This document shows, in pieces, positions 11,301-23,654 of a stretch of 64,000 nt of DNA. The stretch comes from Callorhinchus milii (taxonomy: Eukaryota). The stretch lies in assembly GCF_018977255.1 (NCBI RefSeq), contig NW_024704742.1, positions 76,138,001 to 76,202,000 on the forward strand, in the 5' to 3' direction. A model generated the notes under the pieces. That model had not been told where the DNA came from and ran no database searches. It was given only the letters and a program-made list of their open reading frames with translations. A program made the translations under genes and the position numbers. Numbering within the stretch: the stretch's first letter is position 1; each line of letters begins with the position of its first letter.

Positions 11301-14300
11301 ATTATTGATCTGTGTTGCCCAGATTTACAAAGACTGTACAGCAAGAAACAGGCCCAGGCAATCCGTGAGGTGCTTCTTTAGAGATCCCGGGATCCGAAAC
11401 TGTAAAGCGCTCTGATACGCCGTCCGGCGCGGAGGGTGCTACATAAACCCAAGTTGTTGTTGTTGTAATAATAATAATAATCCGAGTGAGACTCGTCACT
11501 GCAATCCTCCTCCTTCTGTAATCAGTGATATGAGCGAGATTGGCAGAGTCCCTAATGTGTCCCATCCCAAAACCCACCTCTCTTTCCAGATCTTTTGTCT
11601 TCGACGTTGTGGGGAGAAAAATGCTCAACACCAATTTTATCGATGATTGCTACTTGAAAAATGTAATGAGTGAATCTTTTCTCTTCATTGCTTTAGTTTT
11701 CCAAATGAGCAACAGTGACGTAGAGGCCATGCTAAAACGCCTACATTGTAATGAGAAAGAAATGACTGAAGATGGTGTTGTGCGTCTCAGGGGGCTTCCC
11801 TTCAGTTGCACCAAGGATGATATTAGTCGGTTCTTTTCAGGTTTGTGGAAGGATTTATCACTGTCTTTTGTTGGTCTATTCACTCTCCAGAATTTGGATG
11901 AAAAATCCATTATTAACACCCCGTGCCGCACCCTACACAGACACACACAGAGTTCTGTCCGTATAATAATATAATCTTTACATTTTAGTATAGGTTTTCA
12001 CATTAGGAAGATGTCCCAAATCACTTCAGGATTTACTATGAAGTGTGAATATGTATTTGTGGGCAAACTCGGACTCCAATTTGTGCACAGCAATGTCCTA
12101 GAAACAGTCGTGAAGTGAATGACGCAAATTTTATTTGGGGGTTTGTTAGCCATGACACCAGGAGAATGTCCCTTTTTTACTGAGTAGTACCATGGGAACT
12201 TAACGTCCACCTGAACAGGCAGATGGGACCTTGGTTTAACATCTCATTCGAAAGTCGGCACATCCAACAATGCAGCACACCCCCAGCACTGTGTTGGAGT
12301 GTCAGCTTAGACAATGCGAGTTCCAAGTCCCAACGTGGAGCTTGAACCCTCAACTTTTTGACTCAGAAGTGAGAGTGCTGCCACTGAGCCAAGCTTATGG
12401 GAACATATGGCTCACGGACTTTGACCAAATGGTCATTCTTCATCCGTGGGCCTGAACGGTCGATTCATTGATTAAGGATGTGGTAGTGCGGTATTTAGGG
12501 GAGCACAATATAATTAGGCCAAGTCAACGTGGCTTTACAAAAGGGAAGTCGTGTTTGACAAATCTCATAGAGTTTTTTGAGGATATTTCCAGTAAACTAG
12601 TTAAGGGTGAATCAGTGGATGTGGTCTATTTGGACTTCCAGAAGGCACTTGATAAGGTGCCGCATAAAAGGTTAGTCCAAAAGTTAAGGGCCCATGGAAT
12701 TGGGGGGAGCATATTAACGTGGATTGGGGAATGGTTAACGGGTAGGAAATGAAAGAGTAGGGATAAACGGGTCCTTTTCAGATTGGTGGGATGTGACTAG
12801 TGGAGTGCCACAAGGATCAGTCCTTGGGCCTCAGCTATTTACCATCTACATCAACGATCTTGATGAGGACATCGAAGTTAATATATCTAAATTCGCGGAT
12901 GACACAAAACTAGGAGGAAGTGTCAACACAGAGGGCGACATTAAAAAAAATGCAGCGAGACATAGATAGGTTAGGTGATTGGGCAGGTAGGTGGCAGATG
13001 AAGTATAATGTAGGGAAGTGCAAAGTCATCCACCTAGGTAGCAAAAACAGTAGAGCGGGTTATTTTTTAGAAGGGGAGAGATTGGAATGTGTTAGCGTCC
13101 AGAGGGACTTGGGTGTCCTTGTACACCAATCACAGAAAGTTAGTCTGCAGGTGCAGCAGCAATTAGGAAGGCGAACGGTATGTTAGCATTCATTATGAAA
13201 GGATTAGAGTATAAGAGTAGGGAAGTCTTGCTGCAACTGTATAGGGCCCTGGTGAGACCACACCTGGAATACTGTGTGCAGTTTTGGTCTCCTCATTTAA
13301 GGAAGGATGTACTTGCCTTGGAGGGGGTGCAGCGTAGATTTACTAGGTTAGTACCAGGGATGAAGGGGATGAGTTACGAGGATAGGCTGACCAATTTGTG
13401 CCTATATTCTCTAGAATATAGAAGAATTAGAGGGGATCTTATAGAAACCTATAAGATCATCAAAGGGCATGATAGAGTAGAGAGTGGGAGATTGTTTCCC
13501 CTGGTTGGAGAAACTAAAACCAGGGGTCACAACCTTGAAATCAGAGGCCAGCCCTTTCGCACTGAGTTGAAGAAGAACTTCTTCACTCAAAGGGTGGTGA
13601 ATGTATGGAACTCACTATCCCAAAGGGCTGTTGACGCTCAGTCCTTGAACATATTCAAGACTGAGATAGATATATTTCTTATTGCAAAAGGGATTAAGGG
13701 ATATGGGGATAAGGCAGGGTTAGGTTATTAGCTGGAGTTAGATTAGAAGATCAGCCATGATTGAATGGCGGGGCAGGATCGAAGGGCCGAATGGCCTTTT
13801 GCTCCTACATGTTATGTTATGGTGAGTCTCTGCAGTGGGCTGGACCATAGAACCCTGCTCCTGTCCTGCTGATGCCACTGGGTGGTGATAAATAGTGGAA
13901 ACCCTGGTTGAATTCCCTTTTTCCTTCTCTCTCCCCCCCTTCTCTAGCACGAGTGTAGTGCTCCCATTGCCGTGCTGATTGAAATGGCTCAGTTTCACAC
14001 TGATCAGTGACTTTACCTACTGAGCCACCGGGCACTATTGTGGAGTAGAATTAACGGCAGTGAATTCAAGGGATACAGTGAGTTATCCCACTATCCATTC
14101 ATCTCTTCGGGTTGAAAGTCTCTCCAATTCTAAAGCTCCTGTGTGAGATAAAAGCCCCTGAGTATGAGCCCATCATTGTCTGTCAGTCCCTGATTTTGAG
14201 CCCTTCACTGTCAGTCAGCCCCTGAGTGTGAGCCCCTGCCCCTCCCCAAACGAGTGTGAGGCTGTCACAACCATCTCATAAATAGATGCTCTGTATCTAA

Positions 14301-17300
14301 AAATGTAGTGCTGATTTGAGGCAAATTGTCAGCAGTTTAGTTCTTTGGGCCTCTTTGACTGGTACCTAAGATTGAGGCTGCTCAAATTTACAACAACACG
14401 TTACACTAGTAGGCGCCCTTCGCATCGGAAAGATGTCCCAGAGCCCTGAAAAATTTATTTCACTTAATGTTCCTTGTCAAATAGAGGAGATATTTGCTCC
14501 ACCTTGCTCTTCCACATCATTTGCCAATTTGGTTTATCACATTGGAGTGGGTTGGTGTGTTTCCTAATTCTCCCTGTTAATCATTGTTAACCACAGGTCT
14601 GGAAATTAAAGAAGGTGGAATAACAATGACTCAGGATCGTTGGGGTAGAAACACTGGCGACGCATTTGTGCAGTTTACATCTCAGGAGATTGCAGATCAA
14701 GCACTGACAAAGGACCGAGAGATGATAGGACCCAGGTGTGTATCATGCAGTGTTTATTTGTAGTTCGTGCACCAGAAGAAATAAAATCTGAAACAAGAAC
14801 AGAAATCGCTGGGAACACTCAGCAGGTCAGGCAGCATCTATGGAGAAAGGAAAGTGAGGAAACGATTCCTCACTTTCCTTTCTCCATAGGTGCTGCCTGA
14901 CCTCCTGAGTGTTTCCAGCGACTTCTGTTCTTGTTTCAGATTTCCAGCATCTGCAGTATTTTGCATCCCCAAATAAAACTTCATTTGGGTGAATTATAAT
15001 ACTGTAATAATCTGATCATTTTGTTTGATGCTTGAATTAATCTGTAATTATTTATCTATGTGCAGTGCTGACTGATGATATTCAGCCACACAAGTATTAT
15101 TCCAACTAGGTCATGGTCTACAATCTTTCCTGCTTTTGCTCCTGATTCTTTACAGTTCATTTTTTATTTTCTCTTTCACACTTATTCCCCAGCTCAGAAG
15201 GGTGCCAGGCCACCTGTTTCTTCGTTCTCTCTAACTGGCTATCACCAGTTCCCTAGGAGGGATCTGGGTCAGGGGGATCCTGATCTCTAGCCATGTGTCA
15301 ACACCTCTCCACTTCCTATTAATGAACAGATAAGAAAGTCAGTCATCAGCAGTGATAGGAAGTTCTGCCTGGTTTGGGTACTGAGTCATTAAATCCAGCA
15401 CAGAACATTGACTCAGCCCAACTCTGTACCAACTAATAATCCCAATGTTGGAGCCAACCAACCCCAGGTAGATCCAGTTTATCTCTTTCCCCCACAAATG
15501 TGGAAAACAATTAAAAAGTAGAAATGCTGTTTGTCGGGGGGGGGGAAAGCTTACAAAAACATGGTAGTTTAGGATTTCGTACTACCTGACTCATACTCCT
15601 GTCTATTGTTTTATTTTTGGCTAGGTATGTTGAGATATTTCGGAGCAAAAGGAGTGAATTTCATTCTCAAAGAGGATCGTCAAAGAAACCACAGCAATGT
15701 CCAAGTGCACAGGACATTTTCGATGCCGAAAGCAATGCTGTGGCTATCAGTAAGAATGCCTATGAGCACATAGTGGAGGAAGAAGAAGTAAGAGGCCTGA
15801 ATGGTAAGAAATCTTAGTAAGGAAACCCAAGATATTATACAAACAGAGTTACAGAAAACTGGGGTTCAGGAGGCATTGGCATCTAAAATGTGATATTCGT
15901 AAGGGAGGTTGCACCGACCTGACCGCTGGAAATCGGCTTAGGAAGTAAATTATGTTTGAGTAGCGTGTCCTGCATTTTCAGCATGACCCACATATGATTG
16001 CCAGTGTACATCTTAGACCAATTTTGCCTACAAAATATACAGTCAATTCACTTTACATTATATATGTGGAGTCCTGTAGCTCAGTGGTTAGAGCACTCAC
16101 CTTGCAAGCAAGGTTCAATTCCAGGCAGGGCAAAACCTTGGGCAAGTTTTCTTACTCCACACGCCTAATAATAATCCCACCAAAAAACAAAACAATAATA
16201 AATAGGTCATTTTCAATCCACGACTGTTTGTGGGGCACTGCTGTGAGCAATTGGATGTCACGTTTTGCCCACAAATATAGTCAATTCACTTTACAACATA
16301 TCCTGTGAAGCGCTTTGAGATGTCTGGAAGACGTGAAAAGCGCTATATTAAATGCAAGGATTATTATATTCTGTGAGTGCTCGAAGATGTGATAAAGTTC
16401 TATATCAAATGCAAATATTATATTATATCTTAGACCAATTATGAACTGCAAGAATAAATCTCAAATGGTGTTACTCCCTGGTGTCCATTAATTATACTGT
16501 TCTAAATTTTGAGCAGTTTTTCTGTTTGTTTGGCTGTGCAGCTGTCTGTATTGCTTCCTCAGCACTGAGCGATGTTAATTGCTGACTGCTTGTCGGCTGT
16601 GGTACCATCTGCACACAAGTGCAAGTGGCAAAAAGGTGGTGTTAGCCTATACCCTGCAGCTTTCTGCCATTGTTTCTCTCAATTCTGTGATGCTGGGTCA
16701 CTGAGACTTTTTAGTTAAGCAAATTCTGTTTGTGAATCATTTTAATTTTTCACTATCTGCTGTAATGTGAATTGTCTGAGGTGCAGTTACAGTATTTGAA
16801 CAATGGTTCAAAATCACTTCCAGCAGTAGAGCAACTGGGAATGGGAAACATGATTTTTATTTCCTGCTCCTGAATCACATTCACCAGAGCTCAGCTTGTA
16901 TGTAACGACACACATTCATAAAGTTAGTACCACTAACTGGTGCTGATTGTTAGTTAGGTTCTTAATGCCAAGTATATCAGAACACTTCAATAATCAGTGT
17001 TCAAAATGCTTTTTTAAATGATTTTAAAGACTGTCGTAATGACAAAAATGACAGGCAAAAGTGATGGACTCCAATAACACTGTAATGTTTGATGATGAGG
17101 CTGAGGATCTTTTTTGGGATCATTTCTAACATGGAAACCAAATTCATTTATAGCATTTGCATTAGTAGTACAGTGGTGCACACAGTTTTGTTGGTGAATC
17201 ACCTTCAGGGATGTTCTGAGGAAGCCTAATGTTTTAATTCTCGGATGCTGTATATTTCTAGCATTTTAGTCTTTACATCGAATTTCCAGCATTACTTTGT

Positions 17301-20300
17301 TTCAGAATATTTCTGTCCTGTCCGTCAGTCACAGCTTACTGAGATCAGAGGCAGCTGCGCAGGTTAAACATTGTAGCTTTATTCATGCTGACTGCAGCTG
17401 CTGTGAGATTTTATTCATAGAATTGATTGTGAAAATGTGTATTGGGATCTATTCTTAAACATGCCCTTTCAGTTTCCTCATCTAACTTGCATAGAATTAC
17501 TTAGAATTTACAGCACTGAAACAGGTCATTAGGCCCAATTAGTCTGTGCTGGAGTTTATACTCCCCCCCCACTCCTCCCGTACCCCTCTATTCCCTTCTC
17601 CCTCATGTTCACAGCTTCCTTGAGTAAGAAACCAGGGTTAAATGCTGGAAGTGATAAAGTAGATATTGATAAATCTGGTGTGCATTCAATATGTTGTCTG
17701 TTCCTTTTGACTATCATTAGTTTGTAGGGTTCTAGAATATTAGACAAATGCATTTCAATTTCCAGTTAGTTTTGTTTTATAAAATAACTTAATCCTCTCA
17801 CTGGTCTACAAATCCCTTCACGTCTTGGCACCTCCCTACCTTTCCAACCTGCTTTCTCCCCACTCTACTACCCGTGCTCTCCGCTCGGCTGGTTTTGGCC
17901 TCCTGCTTAGTCCTCGTATCCTCCACTCCACATTGGCGGCCGTGTTTTCAGTCACTGCGGCCTGAAACTCTGGAACTCTTCCTCAATCCATCCGACTTGC
18001 CCCGCTTCTCTTTTAGATCACAACTGAAGGCCTTCCTCTTTGACCATGCTTAAGGTCATCTCCCTCCCTCCGGCTTGGTATCAAGCTCGCCACTGTTAAG
18101 TGCTCAAGTGCGTGAAGGGTGCTACGTGTTGTTATTGTTGTTGTTCATACTTCAATTGAAGATCCAATTAGAATTAGTAGTCTCCGGAAGATGGTTCATA
18201 TATTTGATCATTAAGCCAGTCTTTAAAATCAGCTTTGTTTTTAAATAAAAAGTCTTGAACACTGATTATTGAAGTGCTCTGATATACTTGGATTTATTTA
18301 TAATGGAATTGTGCTTTTGTGTTTCTAGAGCAAACATCTAAAGTCTATTTGGAACCCAATCACTGTATCCAGAGATCTGATTTATACAATGTGCATATGA
18401 GAGGCCTCCCATTCAATGCCAACGGCCAGGACGTTGTGAAGGTAAGTCCTTGTATTTTTGTAATGTTCAGGGTATGTAGGAATATTTGTGGTGTGCAAAC
18501 CACACCGGAATAGCTGCCACATCTGTGTGTAATACTGAGATTTTAGCATCAATAATAAGCCAGGTAGAAATAAATCTTTTTTTAAAAAATCATGAAATAG
18601 TTTTCATACGAGCAATACTTTGATTTGGGGCATCAATGTGTAGTAATATAGAATACAGATTTGGTCCTGCACTCTATTTAGTCCAAGTGTGAAGCATGCT
18701 GTGTTAGGCAGAGACTGTATGGCTTCCTACAGGAGGGAGGAGAAATCGAATGCGGTTTCTGCTAGCTGCTAAACTTTACCCAAATGTGTTTGCAAGACTG
18801 AAATGGATCAGTCCAGGATCTGTTAGAAAGTTGCATTGGTTCAATATTGATTTTAATTTGCAAAAGGGGTGGGAAATGCGAATGTGAGTTTTCTGAAATC
18901 CGTCAAATAAGGAAAAAAACAGGAGAGCAAATGCCATTTTTCCCATTGGTCACTCGTTTTGCTCTCTGACCTGTTTTCTTCTCTTTTGGCATCTTTTGTC
19001 AGTTACCAAATTCAGTCTAACTGAAGGTATATCCTTTTGAGAGTACAATATAGTAGTCCTTTAAGAAAATAATTGCTATATATTGTAGATAGGATAGAGA
19101 GCAAGTTCAGATGAGGAATTAACTTGTCTACTTTGTTGATTTTTTTCACTGAACGTTTGCTTGTTTATATTTACATGTTTATATAGCGCCTTTCACATCA
19201 GGAAGGAGTCACAAAGAGCTTTACAACAACAACAACAAGATTCCATTTATAGAGCGCCTTTCACGTCGGGAGGACGTCCCAAGGCACTGGACAGTTGGGT
19301 CAGGACCCGAGCAAGGGGAAATGGTCAGGGTGAGGGGAGGGAGGGAGCGAGGAGGGGGTAGAGAGTCGAGAGGGGAGCTGAAGGCACGGTCAAAGAGAAA
19401 GGTCTTGAGACCGGCCTTGAAGGAGGAAAGGGAGGAGGCGGCGAAGGCACTGGGGGATGGAGTTCCAGAGCCTCGGGGCTGAGAGGCTGAAGGCCCGGCC
19501 ACCGATGGTAGGGCGGTTGGGGCGGGGGATGTGGAGCAGACCAGAGCCAGAGGAACGGAGGGTACGGGCAGGTAAGTAGGAGGATAGTAGGTCAGAGAGG
19601 TTGGAGGGAGCAAGGCCGTGAATGGCTTTGTAGGTGAGGACAGTGGCAGAGTCTGACACCGAGCCAGGGGAGAGGGAGGGGGAAGGTGACAGTAAGCACA
19701 ATCAAAAAGGACAGTCTTTAGGCGGGATTTGAAAGTGTGGAGGGATTGAATGAGAGAGTTCTAGAGCTTCAGGACGTAGTAGCCGAATGCACGGCCACCG
19801 ATGGTGGAGCAGAGGGGATTAACAGCACGGAAAGCAGATTAATCAATGATTGGGGTTGAGGACCATAGCCTGTGGGTCTGATGACTTAGAGGCCTTGGCA
19901 GAAGTGAACAACTGAAAGGGTGCTTTATTTATAATCTCATATTTTCTCTCATTTGTTAAAGGCATTTTGTGAATGTTCTGATTCAAATCTCAGGGAGGAT
20001 CTGGGGTTATTACGTTAATGATAAGCATTGCTCTGCTTTTTCTCTAGTTTTTCTATCCACTGACACCACTGCGGATCATTATGGAGTACGGGCCTGATGG
20101 TAAAGCCACAGGAGAAGCGGACGTGCATTTTGCTAGCCATGAAGATGCTGTGATTGCCATGTCGAAGAACAAATCATGTATACGTAAGTGCACTGCTTAA
20201 TGGCCAAACCGAAATTGCTGGGATTCCCAATAAACCATTAATTACTCAACTAAATGTTATTGGATATTGACACAAAAGCTCCCTTGTCAATGATTGAATT

Positions 20301-22786
20301 AAATCAACTCTGTTTTCTTACCTATCTGCTTTCCTCACTCAACCCCTCTGGATTCCCCACCCTTTCAAAACCCTCCATGGTCTTCTTCCACCCTAACTCT
20401 GTGACCTCCTCAAGCTCTGCAACCTCCTCAAACTCAACTAACCTGGCCATGCTCTCTGCTCAGGCTCTGCTTCATGCCCACCATTGCTGATTGGGCTTTC
20501 AGCTTATCTGCCCCCACTCTCCAGAACTCCATCCCAGAATCCCTTCAGCTCGTCCCCTTCAAGGTCTGCCTCAAGACCTTCGCATTTGAGCACCCCTTCA
20601 GTCATTTTACCCCCCACCCAGGCCTCAAATTCCTTACAGTCCTACAGAAATTGCTCATCTTCAAGCAGAACTCCTTCATCCAAGGATGATCGGGGCTGCA
20701 ACATTTTTGGAGATGGAGTATGATTACAGTAGATGTTTATCTGCACTAATTGGCCCATTGCGGATAAGCAACCTGGGATAAATAAGATATTATTCCATCT
20801 GGATTTATACTGTCATACTACTCTCTCTACCCCTCTGTAATACATACATATATATATTATATATATTAGTATTATGTAATATATCAATATATATATACAT
20901 GTATATAAGTTTAGCATTATATTGTATATATCAATATATGCTAAATTCTCTTGCTCTTTTTGTCACATGTACATGAGGTTCTTAGAAAGATCATGCAGCT
21001 AGGCAAAGTGACCAGCAACTTTATACTTGTACACAAGATTGTGTTTGTGCTGCTCTTGTAAGAGCAATCCTTTCAGTCTCATTTACCTGCCCGTTCCCCA
21101 TACCCCTGTAATTTACTGTTTAGGTATTTTTAAACCCTAACAACCTACCCGCTCCCTCCATTTGGCAGGCACTGGCTTACTTCAAGTCCTCCGCCCTGTC
21201 CGCCCCACCATCGCGGTTGGACTTTCAGCCTGTTTGCCCCCACTCTACAACTCCATCCTGGAGTTTGCCCCTTCCCTTGCCTCCTTCAAGGTCCTTCTCA
21301 AGACCTTTCTATTTACCTTCCGATGACTCTTTGGTCATCTTCCCCACCCCTATTGCCCCCACCGCTCTGAATTCAACCACTAGATCGAGTGCAAACCCTT
21401 GACGTGTCCAGAGCTTTGGGATGTCTCCCGATGTGAAAGATGCTATATAGTGAAAGGAGTCCTGTAATAATTCCTTCAAAAGAAAAAAATCGGTCATTCA
21501 ATCCACGACTGTTTGTAGGACACTGCTGTGCGCCATTGACTGCCGTGTTTTGCCCACAAAATATACAGTCAATTCACTTTACAGTATATTCGTGAAGCGC
21601 TTTGAGATGTCTCAAAAACATAAGGCGCTATAGCAAATGCAAGGATTATTATTAGTGTCCTGGCCAACAGACCCCGATATAAAACTGGTCAATCACTTTA
21701 TAGCTGTTTGTGGGACATCGCAGTGGGTAAATTGGCTGCCATTGTGGACTACAAATTACAGGCATTTCACCTACAAAATATACAATCAATTTACTTTACA
21801 GTATATTCTGTGAAGTGCTTTGAGACATCTTGAAGACGTGATAAGACGCTATATCAAATGCAAGGACTATTACACATTACAATAAATCTTGTGAAGCACA
21901 TTTGAGATGTCTCGATGATGTGATAAGGCGCTATATCAAATGCAAAGATCAGTATCATTATTATAACTTGGGAATAACAGATGTAAAGCCTTAATGTTTA
22001 TAAAATATAATCTTGAATTACGTATTCCTTTTATAATGTTTTTAATAACTAGTTCAGAAATGCATAAGCAAAACTTGGTCCAGCTGCCCCCACCGAAATT
22101 CTGTTTAAAATCTTAGTTTTTACTTCTGATTTTCCTAAATGCAGAACATCGTTACATAGAACTTTTCCTGAATTCTTCATTCTCCGGAAGTAGTACTGGC
22201 AAATACAACCAGGGATTCCAACAAAGGGGTAAGGGCTCCAGTTCTCTCTCTATTTACACATCCATCAAACTGCTGGTAGAGAGATTGAGGTGAACAATTC
22301 TCTTATCTGAACTGGGGTTCAATTTAGATGAACTTGAAATAAATGCAAGAGAGATGAATGCTGTGATTTTTAATTTATTTGTTCCTCTGACTTCCTCCAT
22401 ACCACATTCCTCTGGCCAATATGTATTTGAACAAAGGTTCATTGGTGGGTATGTTATGGATGCAGTCACAATGTTGAAATACTGGAGGATGAGGCGTTGT
22501 GCAGTGTAGACAGTGCATATCTTAATATATAAATATATTATATAAAGATATATAAATATCTTCAGCTATTTTTCACATACATAAAATAATAACTTCCTAT
22601 GCATGAGCAGAGAAACATCCCAGATAGTTGTGTGAATAGAATGTAAATAAGTAGTACTGTTGAATTTTGTGTAATGTGGTATTGTCCAGTGTGAATCTCT
22701 TCAAACCAATTACCACACCAATAATAATTCAGTTAATCATATACCACGTTTAATGTTTTGTTTTAGGTTCTGAAGAAGAAGGTTAA
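5153..22786 (+). CDS. GRSF1: G-rich sequence factor 1, complete 10-exon gene: join(5153..5332,9250..9403,10519..10674,11697..11840,14597..14735,15625..15803,18329..18441,20048..20183,22145..22228,22767..22786); 434 aa
   Basis: Three hnRNP F/H-type qRRMs ([48 protein letters not shown]), a YPPLPEY motif, an Arg-rich acid-free N-terminus, GT-AG introns with consistent phases (1305 nt), and adjacency to RUFY3 and MOB1B. Confidence 0.93.
5370..6060. repeat. G-rich low-complexity repeat (GGGGTGAAGGTGGGA-type) at the start of GRSF1 intron 1
   Basis: Directly visible. Confidence 0.93.
9250..9403 (+). CDS. GRSF1: GRSF1 exon 2 (start of qRRM1)
   Basis: cacag|[20 protein letters not shown]...[30 protein letters not shown]. 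Confidence 0.93.
10519..10674 (+). CDS. GRSF1: GRSF1 exon 3 (qRRM1)
   Basis: cttag|[15 protein letters not shown]...[41 protein letters not shown]. Confidence 0.95.
11697..11840 (+). CDS. GRSF1: GRSF1 exon 4 (start of qRRM2)
   Basis: tttag|[12 protein letters not shown]...[32 protein letters not shown]. Confidence 0.95.
11990..12396 (-). mobile_element. Old DeuSINE (SacSINE1-like) with tRNA-derived head
   Basis: Reverse strand: ggctcagtggcagcactctc..gggttcaagc (A/B boxes) followed by the Deu core. Similar copies at about 31815-32215(-), 50020-50450(+) and 52700-53190(-). Confidence 0.7.
12462..13820 (+). mobile_element. 5'-truncated CR1 LINE (ORF2 RT C-terminal part, frameshifted)
   Basis: [64 protein letters not shown]; 3' UTR ending (ATGTT)n. 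Confidence 0.95.
14597..14735 (+). CDS. GRSF1: GRSF1 exon 5 (qRRM2)
   Basis: cacag|[57 protein letters not shown]. Absent from the ORF track. Confidence 0.95.
14784..14960. repeat. 78-bp inverted repeat derived from a Penelope-like element terminus
   Basis: Arms 14784-14861 and 14866-14943 with 4 mismatches and a 4-nt loop; the right arm matches 60365-60470. Confidence 0.9.
15625..15803 (+). CDS. GRSF1: GRSF1 exon 6
   Basis: gctag|[12 protein letters not shown]...EEEEVRGLN; phase-1 donor ATG|GTAAGA fits exon 7. Confidence 0.88.
16066..16368 (+). mobile_element. Young tRNA(Ala,TGC)-headed DeuSINE-related SINE
   Basis: A box tagctcagtgg, TGC loop, B box ggttcaattcc, Deu 3' block ctgtttgtgggg-cactgctgtg, L2-like tail ending (ATT)n. 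Confidence 0.85.
18329..18441 (+). CDS. GRSF1: GRSF1 exon 7 (start of qRRM3)
   Basis: tctag|AG; EQTSKV...[28 protein letters not shown]. Confidence 0.93.
19224..19640 (-). mobile_element. Young L2-type LINE 3' fragment
   Basis: [18 protein letters not shown]...LWNSIP; (GTT)n tail; near-identical to 42640-43080. Confidence 0.9.
20048..20183 (+). CDS. GRSF1: GRSF1 exon 8 (qRRM3)
   Basis: tctag|[55 protein letters not shown]. Confidence 0.95.
22145..22228 (+). CDS. GRSF1: GRSF1 exon 9
   Basis: tgcag|[37 protein letters not shown]. Confidence 0.9.
22767..22786 (+). CDS. GRSF1: GRSF1 exon 10, terminal coding part (GSEEEG*)
   Basis: Strong acceptor tgttttgttttag|GT; the phase-1 join gives GSEEEG-TAA; AATAAA about 280 nt downstream. 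Confidence 0.65.
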
Positions 22787-23068
22787 ATGGCCTTGATTTC
22801 TGGAACATCGTTTGTCCTGGAAATGAACACTTCCGAATAAGCAAGTTATCTTGAAAGTATGAAAGCAGGAACTAGCACCAAAGCACACTTTGGATCAAAG
22901 CTCACCTTTTAGACAACGGACCTGATGGCAGATAGATATCCTGTGAGGTATCACAAATAATGAGGGGAAAATTGAGGCCATTTGTCTGCTTGTTATACAT
23001 AACTGGATCCTATATCTTGTAACACGTTTTAATGTTACATCACGTGACTTCAATATAAAACAAGATAC

Positions 23069-23074
23069 AATAAA
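23069..23074 (+). terminator. Candidate GRSF1 polyadenylation signal
   Basis: AATAAA downstream of the stop, followed by a GT-rich stretch near 23115-23130. Confidence 0.5.
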
Positions 23075-23654
23075 AATATTTTAGCAAGTTTACATGCTTG
23101 CTGATTCTTGAACGCTTGTTTGTGTGTAGTGGGTTAATAGGAATGTTACGTAGGAATGTGCATGATTAGAAGACCGTTTAGTCCCAACAACTGGCCGATC
23201 CCAAAGTTTTTTTAAAAAAATGAAAATTGTAAATCCTGGACTCATGTCCCTCATTTGAAATCTTGGCTAATTAGCTAACTAATTGCTGTGTGAATTTGCT
23301 GGGCTGACGAACAAACCTCAAGAACATATTCGTCATTCACTTCATGGCTGTTTGTGGAACATTGCTGTATGCAGATTGGCTGCCACCTTCCCTGCAAAAT
23401 ATAATCACTACAGTTTACAGTAAATCCTGTGAAGCATTTGAATCATCATCCTGACATGTAAGGTGCAAGATCAAATGCAAGGATTTTTTAAAATTCTTGT
23501 CCATGTGTAGTTTGTTCCACATATTCACCACTAGTTAAATCCGAACTGTCTTTCACTTTCCCTCTCACACTTGTTTGTCTCTCCTTTTTCTAGGCTTTTT
23601 TTGACCATTAGAAATTTACATTTGATCATGTTTAAACATATTAGGGTTTAATTT

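Noticed and set aside
12468..13731. RT ORFs as an active element or host gene
   Set aside because: 5'-truncated and frameshifted CR1; the L2 and Penelope copies are likewise disrupted.
9250..22228. Alternative identity as hnRNP H/F or ESRP
   Set aside because: The presequence-like N-terminus, YPPLPEY motif, absence of a GYR domain and RUFY3/MOB1B synteny favour GRSF1.
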